From a virus (taxonomy: Duplodnaviria; Caudoviricetes), in the IMG/VR virus record IMGVR_UViG_3300026116_000035: 64,000 nucleotides of DNA; one strand, 5' to 3'. The notes below the pieces were generated by a model. The model did not search any database. It had not been told where the DNA came from and worked only from the letters and a program-made list of their open reading frames with translations. A program made the position numbers and the translations under genes. Shown here one piece after another: positions 1-9,396 of the stretch; within the stretch, counting starts at the first letter, position 1, and each line of letters begins with the position of its first letter.

Positions 1-3000
1 ACTTCTAATACTGGTTTACCTGTAAGATTATATTTTGGTGAAGATTCAGTTGGTTTTGATGATCAAAATATAATTGATCAATCGGATACTTCTATAAATT
101 ATCATAGATTTCATGAAATTTATATCTCAGATCAAAAAACTACATTTTCTCATGAACGTGCAAGAATGGCATATACTACCGAAACGTCTAATTTATTAGA
201 TACTAGTAATTGGCATATTCTTTCAGTTTCGCCTAAGTTTAGAGGATATAAAGATACATCTGGATCATTATTAAATAAATACATTAGATTATTAATCACT
301 AATTATAATAGTCAAAGTGGTGAATTTGATGGATATTTAGGAGAAAGAGATAATGTTACAAACCATATATTTAATACTGGTAGATTGATTCGTGGTAAAA
401 AGAACGTTCCAGTTAAATTTTATGATGATACAGATTTAGATTATATTGAATTTGTTTTTAAAGATGAAAGTACAAGCTTACCTACTACTGTTATTCCAAC
501 CAATAAATGGCTGGATATTGAAATTTTTCCATCATTATTATTAGATCAAGAGCTTTTACCTTTAGCTAGTTGTGAAGTCAATTGGACTCCATTAGCTGGT
601 AGAAATATAATTTCATACGTTAAAAATTTAAAGCAATATGGAAGTATTTCCGAGTTAGAATTTACACAATCAGCAGTTAATTTTATAACTTCTGGTGATA
701 GATTCCTTCATGGAAATGGTATTTTATCAGGATTTGATGCCGATATAGCTTTAGGTTCAAATAAAGTTTTAGTACATGGTGGTACTGCTTTAGTAAATGG
801 TAAAATTGTAACTTCTAATAGTTCATTTATTAACATTCCACTTACTCTAACATCACAAGAATATGGTGATGGTGGTGGTAATATGGATTGGATTGTTTGT
901 ATTGATGAGTATGGTGGTATAAAATATTATCCATTAGTTGAAAGTAAACGTGAATTATTAGTTATCGATCCAGATGCAGGCGTTAGTTATATAATTACAT
1001 CTTATACATTTCCGGAATTAATAAGTAATAAATCTGTAACTCCATTATATATAGTTAATGTTACTGTTACTGTCGTTGTGGGTAACAGTACTATTGTTTA
1101 TAATTCATGTTCTGATGCGAGAAAATTTGTAAAAAATGAAACTAATTTAATTCCTCTTACTTGGGTAGGCAAAGAAATAAATGATTCAGATGTTTCTTCT
1201 ACTACAGAATTAAATGGACATTTTAACACTATCAATCAAATAATAACATGGATTAATTGGACTAAATCTCCGTCAAATTTAATTAAATTAAAGGGCAATA
1301 TTATATTAAATAGTTCTTTAGATTTACGCTTTTTGCTTTATCCAACAGTTTTTGATGGTGAAAATGGAGCGAGTATTACTGTTAAAACAAATAGAGGTAT
1401 ATTACCTTCATTATTTGGAAATATAACTTTTAAAAATATATCTTTTAATTGGATATTAGACAGTTTAACTTATGCAGCTGGAGATAATGTTAATTTAGAT
1501 ACATCAGGCTCTCCATCTTTAACTTCTTCTAATGGTCTTATCTATGTATTTAATGATTCTGATGATCTTAAAAACATAACTATTGATAATTGTGTATTTA
1601 CTGGAACTTTTCCACAATCACAAAGGCCACCATACATTGCATTTATCGCTAATACATTTAATGCAAGATTTAATAATATTAAAATCACAAATAATCAATT
1701 CAATGATCCATTTGGTTTAAATAACCAATGCGCTATAGCTATTGTAAGCTTAGGGACTAGTAACATTAGTAGTAACTTAACTGATTCGGGTTTATCAAAT
1801 TCTGTAATTGATAACAATATTGCTAATAATAACCAAAGCATCATTGTTAGCACTTTAGCTAATAATACTCTTAATAGAACTGCATTTTTTTGTTCTAATG
1901 TAAATATTAGTCGAAATAGAGTTGGTGCTATCGGTTATTTAATAAGTTCATATTTCGAAAGTAGTTTAGTATCTGTTTATAAATTTGATTCTAGCGGATT
2001 AAATATATTTAATAATACAACAACATATATTGGTACTTTAGATAGCACTGGTAAAATTTTAGATGACCATTTTTATTCTATTAATAATGTTGGTTCCGGT
2101 GATGTTATTATTAAAGATAATTTTACATCACTTATTTTCTGTAATTTTTATCCATGTTATAACACCGGAAATACAGAATATGGTGAATCATTATTGATTT
2201 CTGGTAATAAATTAAGATTTCCAACTAATTTTAGTTCATTAATTACAGCTTATGGTTATCCAGATTCTAGCACTGCAATTTCTGTAGTTGGCTGGGTAAA
2301 TAGACCTGGTGGTTCAACTACATTACAAACTGATGCAAGAATAGTTCAAATATTAGATAATAATATTATTTATACTGTCAATTCAGTTTCTAATACTGTT
2401 TTATCTTATGATCGAGGCATTAATGTAGAATCAACTGGCGCAATTATAAGAGGAAATGTAATTAGAAACTTCCACTTATATGGAATTAATTTTGATAATA
2501 ATATTGACCGTAATAAACCTGTAAAAGTTGATATTGTAGGAAATCAACTTTATAATATAATTACTACGGCTACTCATTATATTGGCATGAGTGATAATGG
2601 TGGAAATAGTACTTACTTTACCTGTGTAAATAACTTTTTTGATACAACAAGTACTAACGGTTTACCAGAATATATGATTGGAAGAGGCAATATAAATCCA
2701 ACGAATTTTATTATTAAAGATAATACCAATCAAACAGATTCATTTGCTATTAGAGCTATTGATTTTGGTAAAATTGTTTATGATGGCGGTGGTGTTAATT
2801 ACGAACCTCTGTTTAATCCAAGTCCATTTATTGGCCCTGATTCTATTGCTTATTATCCTACTGGTAGTTTATCTAGTCCTGGTAATTTTTCACAACTAAC
2901 TGTTAAGATGAATTTAAATTCATCAGGATTTACTTGGTTCCTTCCCATTTCATCTATTAAACAAAACGTTAAATTTAAATCCGCCAAAATATATTATACA

Positions 3001-3276
3001 CAAATAGAAAATGCCAGTGTTACTAACCAATTGTTTTTAAGATTAAGAGATGCTAGATATTTTAGCGGATTAATACCTACAGGTGGACCAGATATTACTA
3101 TTTCGATAGTTAGTACAAATATCACAGGTAATGCCAGTGGCTTTATTGAATTAAGTTTATCAACTCTGTATCAAATGACGGATAGTTTAAGTTTAGAAGT
3201 TATATTTGAGCCAGGAGGGGGAGTGGGAGATAGAACTCTCTACTTAGAACCATTATTGTATACTTTTATTTATTGA
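1..3276 (+). CDS. Large virion protein with a right-handed beta-helix-like region (tailspike/fibre-like); 5' end lies outside the window
   Basis: The frame of ORF 166..3276 is open back to base 1 (TSNTGLPVRLYFGED...HERAR then M166), so the gene is edge-truncated. Asn/Ile-rich repeats (KNITIDNCVF, NNIKITNNQF, IIRGNVIRNF, VDIVGNQLYN) are typical of parallel beta-helices. Confidence 0.65.
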   Translation, partial: TSNTGLPVRLYFGEDSVGFDDQNIIDQSDTSINYHRFHEIYISDQKTTFSHERARMAYTTETSNLLDTSNWHILSVSPKFRGYKDTSGSLLNKYIRLLITNYNSQSGEFDGYLGERDNVTNHIFNTGRLIRGKKNVPVKFYDDTDLDYIEFVFKDESTSLPTTVIPTNKWLDIEIFPSLLLDQELLPLASCEVNWTPLAGRNIISYVKNLKQYGSISELEFTQSAVNFITSGDRFLHGNGILSGFDADIALGSNKVLVHGGTALVNGKIVTSNSSFINIPLTLTSQEYGDGGGNMDWIVCIDEYGGIKYYPLVESKRELLVIDPDAGVSYIITSYTFPELISNKSVTPLYIVNVTVTVVVGNSTIVYNSCSDARKFVKNETNLIPLTWVGKEINDSDVSSTTELNGHFNTINQIITWINWTKSPSNLIKLKGNIILNSSLDLRFLLYPTVFDGENGASITVKTNRGILPSLFGNITFKNISFNWILDSLTYAAGDNVNLDTSGSPSLTSSNGLIYVFNDSDDLKNITIDNCVFTGTFPQSQRPPYIAFIANTFNARFNNIKITNNQFNDPFGLNNQCAIAIVSLGTSNISSNLTDSGLSNSVIDNNIANNNQSIIVSTLANNTLNRTAFFCSNVNISRNRVGAIGYLISSYFESSLVSVYKFDSSGLNIFNNTTTYIGTLDSTGKILDDHFYSINNVGSGDVIIKDNFTSLIFCNFYPCYNTGNTEYGESLLISGNKLRFPTNFSSLITAYGYPDSSTAISVVGWVNRPGGSTTLQTDARIVQILDNNIIYTVNSVSNTVLSYDRGINVESTGAIIRGNVIRNFHLYGINFDNNIDRNKPVKVDIVGNQLYNIITTATHYIGMSDNGGNSTYFTCVNNFFDTTSTNGLPEYMIGRGNINPTNFIIKDNTNQTDSFAIRAIDFGKIVYDGGGVNYEPLFNPSPFIGPDSIAYYPTGSLSSPGNFSQLTVKMNLNSSGFTWFLPISSIKQNVKFKSAKIYYTQIENASVTNQLFLRLRDARYFSGLIPTGGPDITISIVSTNITGNASGFIELSLSTLYQMTDSLSLEVIFEPGGGVGDRTLYLEPLLYTFIY

Positions 3277-4100
3277 GAATCGCAACAAAAAACTATTCCA
3301 TTTTGAAACTTTCCAGGAACTAAAATACAGGAAGGGTCAGGTGGATTAGTTTCATAATCTGCTGGAGGATTAAAACATGCATATACTTGATATAAATTAT
3401 ATGGATAAGCTAAAGGGCAAGTTTTTCCAGGTAAATAATTACATCCGCCAGTACAAATATTAGCATCAATTGGTGGTAATAATTGTAAAATCGGCTGCTC
3501 TGGCATTTGTGTGTTTATTGTATAATGATGAAAACTATAATCATACGCGCCTCCACCTTCATAACAAACTTGATATGGATCTTTACAACTTCCACAATTA
3601 ATTGTTCCACCACAATTATCTGACATCATACCGCATTCTACTACATTTACATTTTTATGATTATAATTTTCACTAATATTCTTTTGTACTGTATTTGGAT
3701 ATATTTGATTATATGAATTATGAGAAGCTAAAGTTTTTGCATAATCTTCACAAGTTAAAGGTTTACAAGCAGCACCACCAGTTCCTGCATTTCCTCCGTG
3801 TGACATGCTTCCTCCAATATTTACCATTCCAGAAGACCCACCTATATTACTCACTCCAGCTGTACTCCCTCCAGTTTCTAAATCAGAACCACCTATATTA
3901 TTCATTCCAGCTGTACTCCCTCCAGTTTCTAAATCAGAACCACCAGTAGATAAACCAGCAGTTCCAGCATTACTAAATCCAGCTTCAGAATTAGCAAATC
4001 CGGCTTCACCTATATTATTTACTGATTCAGCTGAAAATTTATCTCCACAACCACTTAAAATCATCATAATTCCAATAAATTTAAAAAGTTTCATTTTCAT
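3270..4100 (-). CDS. Lipoprotein with Gly/Ser/Thr linker and Cys-rich C-terminal domain
   Basis: Signal peptide MKLFKFIGIMMILSGC with lipobox LSGC; GGS repeats; Cys-rich CGMMSDNCGGTINCGSC. SD AAGGAG at 4109-4104; the ATG at 4094 has better spacing than 4100. Its stop overlaps the convergent stop of the upstream gene. Confidence 0.8.
   Translation of the reverse strand: MKMKLFKFIGIMMILSGCGDKFSAESVNNIGEAGFANSEAGFSNAGTAGLSTGGSDLETGGSTAGMNNIGGSDLETGGSTAGVSNIGGSSGMVNIGGSMSHGGNAGTGGAACKPLTCEDYAKTLASHNSYNQIYPNTVQKNISENYNHKNVNVVECGMMSDNCGGTINCGSCKDPYQVCYEGGGAYDYSFHHYTINTQMPEQPILQLLPPIDANICTGGCNYLPGKTCPLAYPYNLYQVYACFNPPADYETNPPDPSCILVPGKFQNGIVFCCDSQ
3841..3942. repeat. Two tandem 51-bp copies (49/51 identical) encoding 17-aa GGSDLETGGSTAG(M/V)(N/S)NI
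   Basis: Direct comparison of 3841-3891 with 3892-3942; mismatches only at 3850/3901 and 3854/3905. Confidence 0.95.
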
Positions 4101-4115
4101 TTTCTCCTTGAACTT

Positions 4116-4144
4116 AAATTAAACACTCAAAAATCTATTGTCAA
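4116..4144 (-). promoter_or_regulatory. Sigma70-like promoter for the lipoprotein gene
   Basis: Minus strand TTGACA (4144-4139), 17 nt spacer, TAATTT (4121-4116), followed closely by SD AAGGAG. Confidence 0.55.
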
Positions 4145-4167
4145 GAGCATAGATAATTTAATATATT
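4138..4167 (+). promoter_or_regulatory. Possible sigma70-like promoter for the tail operon, divergent from the lipoprotein promoter
   Basis: TTGTCA (4138-4143), 18 nt spacer, TATATT (4162-4167). Weak evidence in AT-rich DNA. Confidence 0.35.
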
Positions 4168-4200
4168 TCCTAGAAACTATAGATATTTATGCATTAATAT

Positions 4201-5007
4201 ATGGCTACTGGTGGTATTAATTTTGGCTCAACTACTGATTTATATAAAATATATTCAATAGTTCAAAATAATTTTATTAGATATACTAAAGATATTATTC
4301 TATCCACTCTTAAGGAATTTTTTGCTAAAGATTCCATGTATCATTATGTTTATGATGAATACGGTTTTGCTAAAGTTAATGATCATACTGACCAAAATAT
4401 TAATGCTGGCCTTCATGATGATTTAACTACTAGAATTTATATAGGTGAATTAAATAGATTCAATGTAATTCACTATCCATCCGTTCTAGTTGGATTTACT
4501 GGCGCAAGATCCGTACCAATTTCATTAAATCGCGATCAAGGAAGAGTTGATTATGTCACAACTACTTTCATTGATGGATACGGAAATGAAAAAACCGCCC
4601 AAACTCCCTACGCCTATATCCTGTCTGGCGCTTGGGAAGGATCTATCTCAATTGATGTTTACTCTAAAGGCGTTCGAGAAAAAGACGATCTTATCGAATT
4701 AATTTCCATATTATTCGTAGATTTAGCTTGGAATAGCCTTTATCGAGCCGGTGTTGCCATAAAACCTAATGTCCAAATAGGGTCCTTAGGTTTTAGTGAT
4801 GATAGAAATGATCGGCTTTATAAACAATCTATTACGCTTGAATTTAGAACAGAATGGCGTAGAGAAATATTAGTTAAAAATATCCTCGAAGTTATAAATT
4901 TTTGCGCAGATTTTGGTGAACTTTTAACCGACCCAGCTCAATTAGCTCCAAATTTGTCTATTAAAGAATCAATTAATTTATTAGATAACATAAATATTTT
5001 AGCTTAA
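4201..5007 (+). CDS. Putative tail completion/terminator (neck) protein
   Basis: Lies directly upstream of the sheath gene; YPSVLVG and SISIDVYSKGVREKDDLIELI resemble tail-terminator folds. Confidence 0.55.
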   Translation: MATGGINFGSTTDLYKIYSIVQNNFIRYTKDIILSTLKEFFAKDSMYHYVYDEYGFAKVNDHTDQNINAGLHDDLTTRIYIGELNRFNVIHYPSVLVGFTGARSVPISLNRDQGRVDYVTTTFIDGYGNEKTAQTPYAYILSGAWEGSISIDVYSKGVREKDDLIELISILFVDLAWNSLYRAGVAIKPNVQIGSLGFSDDRNDRLYKQSITLEFRTEWRREILVKNILEVINFCADFGELLTDPAQLAPNLSIKESINLLDNINILA

Positions 5008-5110
5008 CTAACAAAATTATTAAAATAAGGGGATAATAACATATTATTTTGAGGTAATAATATCACATAAGATCAAGTTGTTATCAAATAATTTTTTTGA
5101 GGATTAATAA

Positions 5111-7567
5111 ATGTCAAATATTCCTGGCGCACCAAACGCTCTTCCTAACACATATTCTGAAGTTACCACGTTATCAAGCGGTGTTTCTGTTCCTGGTGGC
5201 ATTCGACTTGCCGCTATAATGGGAGAAGGAGCTCGCGTCGAAACTCTTATCTCAAGCGCCAGAGGATCAGGAAATGATGGCCTTAATTCCACTTATACCA
5301 ATACTACTGGTCGTGATGGTCGCCACTTCTTAGTCAGTAAATATCCTCTCATTAGCAATCGTACTACTCTTTATAAAAACGGTATCCCACTAGTAGGTTT
5401 AGAAGATTCCATTGATTCAAGTTCATTTCCCTCTCAATATGATTACCGTGTCGAAATTGCTACAGGTAGAATCGAATTACAAACTGCAGCTCTAGTTGAT
5501 CAGGGTGGAGCTTTTTATTCAGCCTCTGCTCTTAACGTAGGTACAGGTACAATTAATTCATTACAACTTTTAGATGTTAACGCCCCTACTGAAACTTGGA
5601 CTATCCGCTGCACTTCCGTTATTCGTGATGGTTATGGCGCTCCTATTGATGGCTATGCTAAATTTATTGCTCAAGGTTCTGTTTCTGGTTTAGTTCTCGA
5701 TGGTTATGGAAATCAAATCGTTTGGCAATCAAATGGCGTAACTGTTAATAATGGAATATTAACATTTAATATTACTGAAGGTTTAACTGCCCTCCGTGAA
5801 GGTGATAAATTTATTATTAAAGTTAAGAGTGGAGCCTTATTAAACGGTGATTCTCTTTCTGTTACTTATATCGCAGAAAGTGATATTAATGATATTGAAT
5901 TTTTTGATGATATTAATAAATTAACCGCAAAACATGGGTACTCAAGTTTAACTAATAGACTTTCTTTAGGTGCTCAATTAGCTTTTGCAAACGTTCCTCC
6001 AGGTGTATTTACTTGCCAAACTGCTCCCTCTGTTCCCCGCCGAATTTCTTATTTATTAAAAGATTCAGCTACCGGGAAAGTTACTAAAGATGATTTAATG
6101 TTTGATCTTCCTATCGGCGTAACACCCGATCCAGACTCAAGAATTAATTTCTTTATTACCGATCCAGTTACAGGTATCGAAACTCAAATTGTACCGAATA
6201 AAACTGCATTCTATGACCCTACGTTAACAACTACTCCTCAATCATTTATATTCGGTGCAGGTTATACTTTTTCTTATACTGTTGTTATGGAAAATTCAGT
6301 TATCAAAGAAAGTAATGATGGCGTATTAACTGTTACAACTGGTACTCAAGCCACTTTATCCAGCTCTAATGTAAGTTTTAATATTGATGATCTTAGTGGA
6401 ACAAGAAGCGTTTATATTTATGACGCAACTAATTCACAAAATAATGGCGTCGCTACCGTTGTTTCTGTTAAAAATGGTATCGTAACTCTAACTAAAGGTG
6501 GTGGTTTCGTTACTGAATCTCATATCGTTTTTGAAGTTACCGATTCTGCTGCGAAAACTGCTAAAATCTTATTTACCGATGATTTAGTATTAAGTTTAGG
6601 TCAATCATTACGCGCTACTCTAGTTGATGTTAAAGATGCAGATTTCTTTGATGTTGGCTGGACTACCGCTTATGAAGCTCTAGAAAAAATTGATTGTGAT
6701 ATCGTTGTTCCTCTTCCTTCTCAAACAATTTCCGCTATTTTCTCAGAAGGTAAACAACATGTTACCACTATGAGTAATATCGAAAATCAAAAAGAACGTG
6801 TATTATTTATCGGTGCAATTCGTGGTCTAGCTCCAGAAAATGTAATTGGTACCACTGATGCTGCCGTTGAAGATATCGGTGTTCTCGAAGGTATTCAAGG
6901 TGATGATGTATCCGAAGTATTAGCCGGAAATGTTGAAGATCTCGCAAATTATGGTGTTCAAGCTGCTTATGGCGATACCTTTAGAGTTGTTTATTTCTAC
7001 CCTGATGAAATCGTTGTTCAAATTGGCGCCGATAGAACCATAGTTGATGGCTTCTTTATCGCTGCTGCTGCTGCTGGTTTCTTATCTGGCGTAACTAATA
7101 TCGCAATTCCGTTAACTAATAAAACATTATCTGGATTTACGATTCTCCGTGATAAGATTTTCCGCCCAATTACATTACAGCAAATTGCAGCTGCTGGTAT
7201 TACTTTATTACAACCAGTTTCTGGTGGTGGTAAAGTATTATGGGGTAAAACAACTACATTAAGTGGTTTCCCTGAAGAAGAAGAAATCAGCATCGTTTTT
7301 ATTAGAGACCGTGTTGCTAAGATTATGAGAGCCAGTTTCTTAGGGTTTATTGGTGGAGCTGAATCAAGTGCTCTACAAGGATCTCTAATGTCACGTGCTA
7401 CTGGTATATGCAATAGTTTGGTTACTCAGGGTCTAATTACTGCTTATAAAGGTTTGAAGATTGCCAGAGATTCTGTTGATCCGAGGCAATGGAACCTATC
7501 TCTTCAGATACAACCCACCTATCCGGTCAATTGGATCTTTATTAATATCGGCATTGGCATTTTATAA
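5111..7567 (+). CDS. Contractile tail sheath protein with inserted domains
   Basis: The C-terminal half has sheath hallmarks (YEALEKIDCDIVVPL, KERVLFIG, AAAAAGFLSG, EEISIVFIRDRV, LQIQPTYPVNWIFINI); SD GAGG upstream; synteny with the tube gene. Confidence 0.92.
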   Translation: MSNIPGAPNALPNTYSEVTTLSSGVSVPGGIRLAAIMGEGARVETLISSARGSGNDGLNSTYTNTTGRDGRHFLVSKYPLISNRTTLYKNGIPLVGLEDSIDSSSFPSQYDYRVEIATGRIELQTAALVDQGGAFYSASALNVGTGTINSLQLLDVNAPTETWTIRCTSVIRDGYGAPIDGYAKFIAQGSVSGLVLDGYGNQIVWQSNGVTVNNGILTFNITEGLTALREGDKFIIKVKSGALLNGDSLSVTYIAESDINDIEFFDDINKLTAKHGYSSLTNRLSLGAQLAFANVPPGVFTCQTAPSVPRRISYLLKDSATGKVTKDDLMFDLPIGVTPDPDSRINFFITDPVTGIETQIVPNKTAFYDPTLTTTPQSFIFGAGYTFSYTVVMENSVIKESNDGVLTVTTGTQATLSSSNVSFNIDDLSGTRSVYIYDATNSQNNGVATVVSVKNGIVTLTKGGGFVTESHIVFEVTDSAAKTAKILFTDDLVLSLGQSLRATLVDVKDADFFDVGWTTAYEALEKIDCDIVVPLPSQTISAIFSEGKQHVTTMSNIENQKERVLFIGAIRGLAPENVIGTTDAAVEDIGVLEGIQGDDVSEVLAGNVEDLANYGVQAAYGDTFRVVYFYPDEIVVQIGADRTIVDGFFIAAAAAGFLSGVTNIAIPLTNKTLSGFTILRDKIFRPITLQQIAAAGITLLQPVSGGGKVLWGKTTTLSGFPEEEEISIVFIRDRVAKIMRASFLGFIGGAESSALQGSLMSRATGICNSLVTQGLITAYKGLKIARDSVDPRQWNLSLQIQPTYPVNWIFINIGIGIL

Positions 7568-7608
7568 AAAAATAAAATTTCAAAAATCGATATACTTTTG
7601 AAGTTGGT

Positions 7609-7833
7609 ATGTATTTTATTATGGAAGAATACATACCGACACCAGAAGTGATAGAAGAAATTAAACAATTACTTGAACAAAAGTGGTCTATTAATAAAAT
7701 TGCCAAAAAATTCAATGTTGGTTGGAGAGTTATTAAAAAAATAGTTAATAAAAATAATTTTGTAAATAGACAATGTCATGCATCGATTCTAGAAAATGAA
7801 GAATTAGTAAATTCTATAAAAAAAATTATATGA
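7609..7833 (+). CDS. N-terminal HTH fragment of the HNH endonuclease
   Basis: IKQLLEQKWSINKIAKKFNVGWRVIKKI is an HTH-like motif; the ORF stops just after the A8 run. Confidence 0.6.
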   Translation: MYFIMEEYIPTPEVIEEIKQLLEQKWSINKIAKKFNVGWRVIKKIVNKNNFVNRQCHASILENEELVNSIKKII

Positions 7834-7837
7834 TGAA

Positions 7838-8569
7838 ATGGTTCCTTTAAGAGGGATTGCAAAAGAATTAAATTTATCTTTTAAATCAATACTTAAAATT
7901 TGTGAAAAATTAAATTTAAATTATAGAGAATTAAAAGGTGGTAAAAAAGCAATAATTAGACCAACAGAAAAAATTTGTACAAATAATGATGGAAAAGGTT
8001 GTGGTATTAAAAAACCAATTGATCAATTTAGATGTTTAACCAGAACTAGAAATAGTGGAAACTCATATATTTATTATTCAACATATTGTTTAGAATGTGA
8101 ACCTAAATATAATCTTGTTTCTTCTAGAAATCATTATAAAAATAATAAGCAAATATACAGGATGCGAAATAAAAGAATACGGGAAAAAATGAAAACAAAT
8201 CCCGTTTTAAAATTACGAGCTAGAGTATCTGGAGCTGTGTTAAAGCAATTACGTAAGTACCATGGTTCAAAACAAAATAATTCAATTATGAAATATTTAC
8301 CATATTCTATTAAAGAATTAGTTGATCATTTAGAGGCTCAATTTAAAGAACCTGGTAATGAATGGATGAATTGGGAAAATTATGGAAATTATAAGTTTGG
8401 AAAAGGCAGAAAGTGGCATATTGATCATATAGTACCACAATCTGCTTTACCATTTGACTCTATGGAACATCCTAATTTTTTAAAATGTTGGGCTTTAGAA
8501 AACTTAAGACCATTAGACGCAGTTGAGAATATTTCAAAAGGAAATAAAATAATTAACATAAATAAATAA
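7838..8569 (+). CDS. HNH endonuclease with HTH and Cys Zn-finger
   Basis: WHIDHIVPQ...CWALENLRPLDAVENISKGNK is the HNH core; CTNNDGKGC and CLEC Cys pairs; LRGIAKELNLS HTH. Confidence 0.88.
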   Translation: MVPLRGIAKELNLSFKSILKICEKLNLNYRELKGGKKAIIRPTEKICTNNDGKGCGIKKPIDQFRCLTRTRNSGNSYIYYSTYCLECEPKYNLVSSRNHYKNNKQIYRMRNKRIREKMKTNPVLKLRARVSGAVLKQLRKYHGSKQNNSIMKYLPYSIKELVDHLEAQFKEPGNEWMNWENYGNYKFGKGRKWHIDHIVPQSALPFDSMEHPNFLKCWALENLRPLDAVENISKGNKIININK

Positions 8570-8633
8570 CAAGTATTTAAATAATGCAGGGTAAGTTATG
8601 CATATTAAAACATAATTTTATGAGGAACTTATC

Positions 8634-9272
8634 ATGACACTTAGATTAAATAACCCTGGAACTACTAGAGTAGTTGATCCTGCCACTGGTAAAAATAGAA
8701 CCGCCACTCATTTATCTACTAATATTAATATTTTAGTTGAAGGTATTGCTGTTGGAGCAATACAAAAAATGCAAGTTACTGAAAAGCGATCAATTAAAAT
8801 GGTCGATGAGGTAGGGGGAGATGGCCATGTGGACAGTGCACCTACATCGTCTACTGATGTAAGTGGTTCAATTGATCGTACTCGATTTGATGGTCAGAGA
8901 ATTGCCGAAGCATTTATGAGAGGTTTCGTGCATGTTAAGTCTCAGCGTTTACCGTTTGATATTGAGATTCAGGATACGTTTAAGGGTGGTGATGATCAAT
9001 CAGTTGTAATCACTACGATAAGAAACGTATGGATACAGAGTATTGATTATACATACCAAGCTGATAATTTTATAATTGTTGAAGGTATGAGTTGGGTAGC
9101 AGAGACGATCGATAGTATTATGGGTTCAGGAGCTCCAGTTGTTGGGGACGTGAATGCACGAGGCGTAGCGTTAATAATCAATCCATTTGAGCGTCAGGCT
9201 GATATTGGGCTTTATCGTGGTGCATTGGATGGGGCTGGGTTATTAAATGCGATTGAGGGTTCTACGCTTTAA
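8634..9272 (+). CDS. Tail tube protein
   Basis: Position after the sheath; size 212 aa; INILVEGIAVGAIQKMQVTE, FDIEIQD, TIRNVWIQSIDYTY pattern; SD GAGGA. Confidence 0.85.
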   Translation: MTLRLNNPGTTRVVDPATGKNRTATHLSTNINILVEGIAVGAIQKMQVTEKRSIKMVDEVGGDGHVDSAPTSSTDVSGSIDRTRFDGQRIAEAFMRGFVHVKSQRLPFDIEIQDTFKGGDDQSVVITTIRNVWIQSIDYTYQADNFIIVEGMSWVAETIDSIMGSGAPVVGDVNARGVALIINPFERQADIGLYRGALDGAGLLNAIEGSTL

Positions 9273-9344
9273 TAGGCTCCGTAGTTATATAAATTATAAC
9301 ATTTAATACTATTATTTTTACAATTTAGAAAAATATATTATTTA

Positions 9345-9356
9345 GCATATTTATGA
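9345..9356 (+). promoter_or_regulatory. Repeated intergenic motif GCATATTTATGA (candidate phage late promoter)
   Basis: The identical 12-mer occurs at 24745-24756; both copies are intergenic and upstream of structural genes. Confidence 0.4.
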
Positions 9357-9396
9357 CTAAATGATATATATTATATTATTAATTAAGGAGTATTAG

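Larger units (their letters stand above)
7609..8569 (+). mobile_element. Free-standing HNH homing endonuclease gene between sheath and tube, split by a frameshift in an A8 run
   Basis: Two adjacent ORFs join into HTH-HTH-Zn finger-HNH if one A is removed from 7818-7825. The sheath C-terminus looks complete, so this is not an intron. Confidence 0.7.

Noticed and set aside
3841-3942. CRISPR-like repeat
   Set aside because: Two abutting copies with no spacer, in-frame within a coding linker.
3695-4122. Plus-strand ORFs 3695..3949 and 3805..4122
   Set aside because: Antisense shadows of the Gly-rich lipoprotein repeat; Pro-rich by complementarity; no SD.
5104-7413. Minus-strand ORFs 5104..5292 and 7018..7413
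   Set aside because: Antisense to the well-supported sheath gene; no motifs.
7567-8634. Group I intron interrupting a sheath-tube gene
   Set aside because: The sheath ends with a complete C-terminal motif and the tube has its own SD and start; no intron core elements were recognised.
7579-9300. Short inverted repeats TTCAAAA/TTTTGAA (7579-7602) and GTTATA/TATAAC (9284-9300) as terminators
   Set aside because: Stems of only 6-7 bp, almost all A-T, are expected by chance at this composition.
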